Source: Antedon mediterranea (taxonomy: Eukaryota; Animalia; Echinodermata). Taken from it: a DNA stretch of 64,000 bases. The notes under the pieces were generated by a model. The model saw only the letters and a list, made by a program, of their open reading frames with translations, ran no database searches and was not told the origin of the DNA. The translations under genes and the position numbers were made by a program. Every line of letters starts with the position of its first letter. Position 1 is the first letter of the stretch. Positions 26,488 to 37,100 of this stretch are shown piece by piece. The stretch covers positions 13,948,352 through 14,012,351 of the forward strand of contig NC_092678.1 of assembly GCF_964355755.1 (NCBI RefSeq), given 5' to 3'.

Positions 26488-27590
26488 CTAGATGGTCCAT
26501 CTAGGTCATGCCCACAGATGGTTCTCGAATACACAGTAATTTCAATGTAAACTGGCGATTTCAAACATAGGACTAAACTATATTGTTGTCTACAGAAACG
26601 AATAAATAGACACGATAATTTATGTTGTCAACTGATATTTGCACCCATGGAATTACTTCCGAAAGAGAAAATTGTCACAAAGGGAGTCCACATTTTTTAT
26701 TTGGCTTCATTTAAACAAAAAAACCAATTTCAGTTTTGTATGACTATTATGGTTGAGGGATGGGTAGGAACAATTTGTAAATATTATTATTCTTTATCGA
26801 CTCAGTAACGAAATATTTGTTCATGTTTTATAGGTCTATAAGAGTAATATACCACTATATACAGTAACACTTGCGCTTTAATACTTTGTTAAAACTGTCA
26901 CTGTCATAGTCGATTTAAATAGTAAAGTACATGTAACGATACACCACAACGACGTATTTTTATTTATTATTCTTATTTTTTTTTTATTATTGATTGATAC
27001 AAACGTTGAGAAGCAACTGTCAGTATAAAGTTTATTTGTGTATTATGTGTCTATATATGTAACAGTAGGGCCTACCCACACTCACAGTAATAACGTTTTA
27101 TTTTTATGTGTTTATATACCTAACAGTACACAGACTTAATATTCAAATTGCGACCAAAATGTTTAATACGTATTTACAGTATTGTCAAAGTATTGCAATA
27201 CTATATCCTAAAGGGTTTTAAGTTTATCTCTCTAGGCCCTATAAATTTACTTTTGATAGACCAAATAATTAATACGAGAGATTGTTCCATTCATCACAAA
27301 TCAACATTTGTATAAAAGTATTTTAAATCTATTAAAAAAATTTTTTTTAAAGAAAATCGGCCTGTCTTCACCATTATGATGCTGTACTTAATCTGTTCAA
27401 CCGTTTTTAGTCGCGTGGATGCAACTCTATAGTTCACTATGTCGGTCGGTCTGTCGGTCTGTTTGTCTGTCCGGTATCACTATGCGTTTTAGCACGTGAC
27501 TTATGGCTGTTGGCCTTGTTCAGCTATTAAAAACAATTATCGTAGAAGGAGATAGGTAAATGCGAAAAACCATCCTCGTATTATTTTTCC
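26488..27590 (-). mobile_element. Partial, diverged non-autonomous Helitron copy
   Basis: The CTAG end with collapsed hairpin is at 26488; the copy is colinear with 51773 onward and is truncated at about 27590. Confidence 0.8.
27405..27520 (-). mobile_element. Mini HINE nested in the Helitron copy
   Basis: Reverse complement of the 24867-24963 element type. It is absent from the same position (ccggtttt|cagctatt, about 52830) in the intact Helitron copy and sits in a T run with no TSD. Confidence 0.75.
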
Positions 27591-28847
27591 CTCTGGAAGC
27601 AGACATTCATGTAACGTAGAACTATTTAAAATTCACCGCAAACAAATTGACAAAGTTGAAAAATAGAAATTTACAGGTTGTATCTGTGACGCGTATCGAG
27701 AATTTCAGCTAAATTATGTATTGATAGATGATAGAAGACTAATAATAAATAAATAATTAGCAGTTACCCGTAGCAGTAATATGCCTTAATATGTGGTTGT
27801 ATATTAATTTGCATTGGAGGAGTAAGTATAATAAAGCGCACTCTTTCTTGATAAAATTACTCTGACAAATTATGGAGAAAAAAAATAACAAATTGTATTA
27901 AGAATGAAATTCGGAACTATCTACGTTCATTGTTTTTATTATACACGATCTTTTCCTTGAAATATCTGTAAGCTAAAAAATGCAATATTGAATATGGGAC
28001 TTTGAAATAAAAGACATGTACGTAGAAGTCTGTCAATCAGTCGGCAGTTTAAAACATTTCAATGATAAAATATTATCGATTGTTAAATTTATAGAAATAA
28101 GATGTGAAGTATTTGAATAATAAAACTACAGCTGCTTACGAACTTAAAATCAACATAAAAAGTGAACATGGTGGTAGTCAAAATTAGATGATGCGCTCAG
28201 ATAATAACGAAAGTATAAAATATCAAACTATATATTTTGTGAGAGCTCTGTTTTAATTATGCCCAGAAATAGTGATGTGTATTTAATGAGTCACATTTAC
28301 TTATAGAAAAAATAAAACTCGACATAAAGCGAGTGAAAAATGCACGGCTGCGGAAACATTATACAAATTACCTTATATTGCTCACACATATTATAAATGA
28401 ATTGTTTTCCTTAATGTTGGTGGTAATGTGTTTCCGTGGTCTAGTTTTGTTGCTTTAAGCGGTGACACTCATAATTTACGCATTTCGCGGAACTCGACTG
28501 TACTGAGCATAATACTAATGACCATGGCGCACTGTGCTGATCTTGATTTACGAAATACATTATGTTCCAGGGATACGTGCAATTATTAAGAAACCTTATT
28601 AGAAATGTATTTTTTCGTAGTAATTATAAACAATATTGTTAAATTTAGTACTGTCAAAAATTAAGTACTGTAACATGATTGCTTTACTTCATATAATAAG
28701 ATGACATAATCAGTCTGTGTTGATATATCAACGTGTTGGTGACCTAACTCGTCCAAAGTGACGAGTTCAAAGGTACTTTTAATTACTAGTTATATTTGTA
28801 TTTATTCTTTGTTTATAAATGGTTATCTTGTTGTGAAGCGCTTCGTA

Positions 28848-30790
28848 CTTCAATTCAATTCAATTCAATTCAAAGCAACATTTATTTTCTCCTTTCATAT
28901 ACAAAATAGATTTCAGTGATCAATAAATATGTAAACAAAATTTGAAAGAAGAAGGTACACGCCCAGAAAGATGAAAAACACATCTTGTGGAGGACGTACC
29001 TATTACAGACACAGACAATGAAAATTTATAAAATAAAAAAAAAAAAAAAATAACTAAAAATAAAAAAAATAAATAAAAAAAAAAATTGACCGAGAAAAAG
29101 TTAATATTTGGCAATAAGGTGACTTTTAAGTTTAGATAAAAATGATTTACTAGAAACAGAGTTTAAGATGGGGAGTGGCAGATCGTTCCAAAAAGTGGGT
29201 CCGGAATACCTAATGTTGTGTTGAAAGTGGTTGGTTTTATGGGTTGGAATATGTAATTTTGAACAAATACGGGTATTATGATAATGAATTGAAGAATTTG
29301 GAGTGAACATGGAGCAGAGATGTTTGGGAAGGTTGGAATTAATAGAAGAAAAGATGAACGAGCCTTGTTGGGTTAGATTGATATCGGAGAGTTTGAGAAG
29401 ATTAAGCTTTGAAAAAAGATGAGATGAATGAGACAGGGGTGGGGCGCCAGATATAACCCTGATGGCCTTTTTTTGAAGAGTTTGAAGTTTTTTAATACTG
29501 GAAGGATAAGAGTTGCACCAGACAATATTGCAATAGTTAAGATAAGGCAGGATGAGGGAGCAGTACAGGATACAAAGAATGTTAGGGGGTGAAAAAGAAG
29601 AAAGTCTAGTGATGATGCCAAGACTTTTTGAAATTTTATTCTCAACAAAATTGATGTGATTTTTCCATGAAAGTCGACTGTCAAGATGAACTCCTGATGT
29701 GTATTATTTGATTTATTGAGCAGGGAATTAATTGATTTCCAAGTTGCCTTAATATCATTTTTGTGTTTGAGAAACGTTTTGTGAAAATGATTTTTTTTTG
29801 CAGCTTTAATTGTAGTATTTAATTTATTACGGAATTGTTTAAAGGCTGTTTCATTTTTTTGGGTGGGACAATGGATAAATTTAGAGTACAGTTTATGTTT
29901 GTGTTTAATTGAATTAAGTAGGCCATTAGACATCCATGACTTTAATTTATTATTTTTTTTTTCGTTTTTGAGGAGAGGAAAGTGTTTATCATATATTGAT
30001 TTTAATATAAGTTCAAAGTGTGAATAAGCCTTATTTGGGTCATCAGTGTTAATAACATCAGTCCAATGTTGGGTGGAAATTTCAAGACGAAAGTTTGCCA
30101 GTGAAGTAAGGTTAAATTTTCTAAAAGATAATTTTCTTGAGATAATCCATAATCCTGTATAATGCATGGCAAGCCACGTCCGCCAAAATTCCCAAATCGA
30201 TACCATTCACAATGCATTCATAATAAACCCAAACCAGTCATTTACAAACCTAAATCACTCACCGTCTTGCCAAACAAGTTGTTATATCATGAAAATCAAT
30301 TTATTGTCAAGTAAATTTAACCATTCATTCAAGTCAAATCGGTCTTCGTGAAGAAGTCAAATGATTCATCGCCAGACCAGACCAGATATCGTTAAACCAA
30401 ACCAATCATCATGAGGTTCAAGCTATTCAAACAAATGGTTTGGCTAGACGGCGAATGACTTATTTTTACGTTGAATTTTTAAATGAATGGTTTGGATTGG
30501 TTATGAATGCATTGATGGTAAATGGTATGGACTGAGGACTTTTGTCGGACTTGGCTTGCCATGTAATTGTTCATACATGAACAGATTAGTTTTTCGTTAC
30601 TTGGGCCAGTCAAATATTGAATGTGTGTGTTTGAAATAGTATAAGAAAACATGAGCATCAGGAAGAGTGTTATTTAGCATAAGTTATATAGGCAAGGGAT
30701 GACAAGTGATTAGTTACAAGTAAGGGGTTCTATGAACCTTGAATGGGGGAAAATTTTTCACAAAATATAGTTTCTCTTAGGCCTTCTTTT
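28848..30790 (-). mobile_element. Internally deleted CR1/L2-group LINE fragment
   Basis: (TTGAA)n tail at 28848-28873; C-terminal HYHNTR..IRYSGPTFWNDLP; tether region WMSNGLLNSIKHKHKLY..FRNKLNTTIKAAKK..DIKATWKSIN. The RT core is missing. Confidence 0.85.
30157..30577. mobile_element. Degenerate fold-back MITE inserted in the LINE
   Basis: Imperfect long inverted arms: catggcaagcca../..tggcttgccatg and aatgcattcataa/ttatgaatgcatt. Confidence 0.6.
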
Positions 30791-31168
30791 CTGTTATTGT
30801 GAACAATGTAGGCCTATGAATCAATTATTATTATTTATTTAGTTTTAGCTGTTGCCATCACTTCGCTAACACTAATGATAATGTTTACATACGTACAATT
30901 TTGCCTAATAAATATTCATATGCTTTATTATTATTCATTAAACTCTTGTATATAGCGCTTAACGCTAAAATCTCAGTAATAACAGATCCATGATATTTTG
31001 TTCATTTATATTTCAATAATAAAAACAGCAGAATGCTGCAAACAGGAATTGTTTTCCATTTATAAAACGTAGAGTAAATATCATAGTAAATATTATTTTG
31101 TTTAAAATATTTTAGTTTACTAAAAAATATAAATATGATTAACGTTTTTTTTCATATCAATTTTTAGG

Positions 31169-34100
31169 ATGGGCAGCACAGACAGCATTCCGATTGTAAG
31201 CCAGGTCAAGTCTCTTATTCAAGTGATTTCAGGGGATAAAGAAGGTGCAAAGAGAACTCAGGAACACTTTCTCCACACTTTTCCTGTTTTGTCACAGATC
31301 ACTTCAGCCGTACAAGCCATTGAAGGAGACTCAAAGGGTGCTAAAGAGACACAGGAAGAGTTTGCTGAAAGTTTAGGGCATTTTGCTGATGGAATTCCCG
31401 TTATTGGTCATACACAGCAAAATTTGAAATTCTAAGCAAGAAAAAAAAATCTTGTTTTAAGAAAAAATTCTTAAAATAAGTATTTTTTTTCTTGTCAAGA
31501 TTTAAAATTACTTAAAACAAGAAATAATTTTCTAGAAAAGACACATTTTCTTAAATTAAGTTTTGCAATATTCTTGAAAATGCTTATTACAAGAAATATT
31601 TTACTTAAAATAAGAAGTCAATATCATTCTCTTCTTATTAAGAATAGTTTTGCTTAAAACAAGATTTGAAAATACTTAATTTGAAAAGTATTTTACTTAA
31701 AATAAGAAATCTATATTATATTTATCCCTATCAAGAATAATTTTTCTTAAATCAAGATTGATGAATTATAAAAATTACTTAAAACAATCAATATTTTTCT
31801 AGGTAAGACAAAGTTTCTTAAATTAGGTTTCGCAATAGTCTTGAAAATACTTGTTTTGAGAAATATTTTACTTAAAATAAGAAGTCAATTTCACACTACC
31901 CTTATCAAGATTATTTTTACTTGAATCAAGATTCGCAATATTCTTGAAAATGCTTATTACAAGAAATATTTTACTTAAAATAAGAAGTCAATATCATTCT
32001 CTTCTTATTAAGAATAGTTTTGCTTAAAACAAGATTTGAAAATACTTAATTTGAAAAGTATTTTACTTAAAATAAGAAATCAATATTATATTTATCCCTA
32101 TCAAGAATAATTTTTCTTAAATCAAGATTGATGAATTCTAAAAATTACTTAAAACAATAAATATTTTTCTAGGTAAGACAAAGTTTCTTAAATTAGGTTT
32201 CGCAATATTCTTAAAAATACTTATTTTGAGAAATGTTTTACTTAAAATAAGAAGTCAATATCATACTATCTTATCAAGACTATTTTTGCTTAAATTGAGA
32301 TTCGCAATATTTTAAAAAATACTTATTTTGAGAAATGTTTTACTTAAAATAAGAAGTCAATATCATACTATCTTATCAAGACTATTTTTACTTGAATCAA
32401 GATTCGCAATATTCTTAAAAATACTTATTTCGAGAAATGTTTTACTTAAAATAAGAAGTCAATATCATACTATCTTATCAAGACTATTTTTGCTTAAATT
32501 GAGATTCGCAATATTTTAAAAAATACTTATTTTGAAAAATGTTTTACTTAAAATAAGAAGTCAATATCATACTATCCTATCAAGACTATTTTTGCTTGAA
32601 TTCAGATTCGCAATATTCTGATTTTGAGAAATGTTTTACTTAAAATAAGAAGTCAATATCATACTATCTTATCAAGACTATTTTTACTTGAATCAAGATT
32701 CACAATATTCTTTAAAATACTTATTTTGAGAAATGTTTTACTTAAAATAAGAAGTCAATATCATACTATCTTATCAAGACTATTTTTGCTTAAATTGAGA
32801 TTCGCAATATTTTAAAAAATACTTATTTTGAAAAATGTTTTACTTAAAATAAGAAGTCAATATCATACTATCCTATCAAGACTATTTTTGCTTGAATTCA
32901 GATTCGCAATATTCTGATTTTGAGAAATGTTTTACTTAAAATAAGAAGTCAATATCATACTATCTTATCAAGACTATTTTTACTTGAATCAAGATTCGCA
33001 ATATTCTTTAAAATACTTATTTTGAGAAATGTTTTACTTAAAATAAGAAGTCAATATCATACTATCTTATCAAGACTATTTTTGCTTAAATTGAGATTCG
33101 CAATATTTTAAAAAATACTTATTTTGAGAAATGTTTTACTTAAGATAAGAAGTCAATATCATACTATATCCTATCAAGACTATTTTTGCTTGAATTGAAG
33201 TCAATTCTATTTTAATATTCTGAAAAATACTTATTTTGAGAAATGTTTTACTTAAAATAGATTGTCATCCTTATATTCACACAACGGTAGAGCAGTTAGC
33301 ACTTCAGTTTCAACTGATGAAAGAATCTGGGTAATCAAACTGTTTGTGCTTTGAATAATCGATTGCACTGCAACCTAAAGAAAATAATATTGATTTAATA
33401 TTTTTTATATTCAAGTTTTAATATGTTTAAAAACTAAGTTGTGCTTTAGTTGGGGAGCTATGCAGCCTAACAAAAAAAATGTTATTTGTAACAATGAAAT
33501 TGGTCACAAAAAATGCAACATAAACTTAGAGTGTATAATGCCTAGGCCTAGGCCTAGTACCCAAGTCCTATAGTTACTATAGCTAATAGTCCTGTATAAT
33601 AACAGTACCAGCAAGGCCTAGGAAATAGACGTATTTCTCTAATAAAAAATAGTTTAAAATGCATAATTGTTGTAATTTTAAAGCAAAATGGCTTACCTGT
33701 GGAATCTTGTTTCTCTCCTTTAATTTTAGTAGAAAGAAATCAGCATTTTTTATACTATTATCTGCTTGTTCATCCTCTAGTTAGTAGGCCTTCTTGCTGA
33801 GCATCAACAAGATAATTAATATTAAACAATCATTAACAGTATAACAATACTAGAATTATCACTACTACTATCGTCAGTTGATAAATCATCCCCGTTATAA
33901 TAGTTTTTTTCTTCATTAACTTCGTCAGTCTCCTAGTCTAGGCCTAGTTCTACTTCATCCTCAATTGGCATCCTCGTTTTCTCCAGGCATACTTATATAC
34001 TGATGTTTCCATCGTCAACTGCAGGAGGTTGCCGATTGTTATACTCGTCCTTAAAATGGCGTCTTATGACATGCTTGTAAAACGAATTGTAAATTCCAAA

Positions 34101-37100
34101 GCTTGCCGGGCAGCGAACCACCAATTCCACATGTTACTCGAAAATTCGGAGTATTTCCATGAATTGAATTATAATGCCTTAGCAAATAGGGTAGCAAATA
34201 CTGTACCTACTTCAGTTTACTGGCACCAACTTATCGCTTTTTTTCGGACTGCAACAAACATGTGTCATTATTATTGTCTGTCGTATTACTGTTGGTCCAG
34301 ACGTTTTATAGATTTGCTTTAACCACCATGGAGGTTTATACCTCCATGCTTTAACGTTAAGCAGTATAATGACCTTATACATTCTGGGTAAAAGGCCAGC
34401 GATAATAGTTGAAAAACAACACTGTGTGTGGTCGATGACCTAGCTCCCGGCGGGATCATGGCCAACGGTTTTTTAAAGTAATCATTCAAAATCTAGAGTT
34501 TGTAAGTACTGTAAAAGACACCTTTCATCGCAATTTATATATTAAATGCTTCAATAGGCCTAGTAAGATTAGTCTAATATAATGTCGAAGGAAGACGCTT
34601 TGTTGAAGATCCGAGAAATAGATGAAGAAGTGGCCAACATTTTAACAGGTTCGTAGGCCTAATAATTATATTTTAATCTACCAGCAGTCTAGGCCTAGCC
34701 TAGGCTCCTTCCTATTTAGTAATACTGTAGGCCTGGAACTAGTAGGTCTAGGCTAGCCTACTATGCCTGTACTGACGGACAGGTGTATAGGTTTAGCTTA
34801 GCATTTTAGTTCAGACATTGACAGAGGGGACAAATATTGTCGGACCTATTTCAGCTAGGTATAAGGAAGGCCTAATAATAGATAATACAATTATAATGTA
34901 ACAGTAATATTTTGCAATGTAGCCATGAAATATCTACGAAGGATTATATTATATACACATATTCCAATGAGAAATATAATGACATTTAAAAACACTTCTT
35001 TATATTTAATTAATTGTACACACTAAGTAATCCCCGAAGTGATCACATCGATATTGAAACTGCATAACTAAAATTGTTATATTAAATTTCTTTTTTTATC
35101 TTAAATTATTTGTTAGGTAATTGAAGAAGTTCGAAGGATACTAATTATTACTAGGCAAAGAGGAATGAAATACAAAAGAAAGCTTTTTAAAAAAGTGCTT
35201 AGCAAATTTTTCCAAAGAAGAGTATAATATAGTTTATTTTGGTATTTTAAAGAGAAACACCAGTCCTCCATCTGGTAAGTACAGTGTATGTTTTTGTACT
35301 TTTATCTATTCATAAATATTTTTATAATGGACCAATGGTAGTGAGGAAAATACGTGTACATATTGTGTACGTATTTTTAACAGCTTGGTTCGACTCAAGC
35401 TAGTGTCATGCACTCCTCCCTTTGACAACTAAAATTAAATAAATGACTTATGAATATTAATTTTTGACATATTAATGCTCTCCTGGCCAGCCCACCCTTT
35501 CCCCTTCCTTTTACATTGACCACCTACAAAACTGTAGGCTACATTATTAAAAATTTGAGCTACAGTATATCAAGTTTATGTCCATACATTATTCCACTCA
35601 TTTAAATAAATTTATATAATATAATGTTTTCAATTTGTTATTTTTGGTTAGGTTCAAAGATAACCCATATGTTGTCAAATCTGTCAAACATATTTGTTGG
35701 GAAAAACTCATCAAAAAAAGTCTGCCGACCTTGAAGGTATTTAGTGTTTTTTAAAATTTAAAATACAAGTAACATTATGTACATTAAAAAAAAATATCTT
35801 AAAGTGTTTTTTTTTAAATCAAATTTATCTTAGCTTAAAATTCGAGGTATATACTATGTTTACAATAATTTATTAAAATCAAACAATTAAACAAAATTTA
35901 CATTTAATTGTATGATTGTTATTATAAACATTGATACAGAATAAAAACATCAATCAGGATTGAGCACCGTTTTGCCTAAATAGTAATATTAAAAATAAAT
36001 TTAGACCCTAATAATTTAACTAAAAATAATAGATACAGCCAGGCCTGTCTTTGGGATCGGTATAAACAGGGCAAAGTTTGTGATTAAAAAGTTCAAATGC
36101 ATATTCCACCCACCCTTATGTCTTATAATGTAAAATTATTCTTACCACCGTTCTAATATTGCGTCATGTTTTTGTGTTTACCGCCCCAGATATAGGACTC
36201 TAAAACCACACCGTACCCAATTAGTTGATGATGTTACACATATTTTAAATACAGTAATAACTAAAACTATATTAATCTCTTTTCATTTTTAGGAACATGA
36301 ATAAAGATCCAGAATCCTGGTCTTCACGCCGATCAGGTAATATGCCGGTATTGCTTTTGGACACAGAAATGGCCTACATTAAAGTTTAGCAAACAATTCT
36401 AACTACAAAGAAAGCAAAATTAGATGAGGCTCTAGTTACTCTCCTCTCCACTTTTTACCTTCTGGATTTCGATTATCCAAAATGAAAAGAAGTAGGCCTC
36501 ACTATCCTTTAACAGTTAGTGATTTGTGATGAAAACACACCTGTACACTTGACAAAGGCTGTTGAATCATCATTAGTATACTACATTAATAAATTTAAAG
36601 ACACCTAATAGTTTAAAGCCCAGGTGCGGGAGAAGAATTTTACGAAATTTGTATTTTACCATTTTAATGTTTTTAAGTTTTCTTTTGATGGCATTTTATT
36701 ATTAATAAAAACAAGTTTGTTTTAAAGAAGTTGTATATATTATTGTACCTAATGTCATGTAAATTGTAGTTCTTAATGAAAATAACAGTATTGTTAATAT
36801 TATGTTTTATAACATTCTTGAATTTATTTGTTTAAGTAAAATATTACTTAAAATGAGTATTCATTTATCGTTCTTAAAATAAATTTTTAGTGATTTATAT
36901 TTTATAGAATTCTTGTTTCAAGCAATTTTTTTCCCAATATAAGTAAGAATTTACGAATTTTAATTTGATAGAATTCTTGTTTCAAGCAATACTTTTCTTA
37001 AAATAAGTAAACATTTACTGGTTTTTATTTGATAGACTTCTTGTTTACTTATTTTAAAAAAAGTTTTGCTTGAAACAAGAATTCTACAAATAAAAATCGG

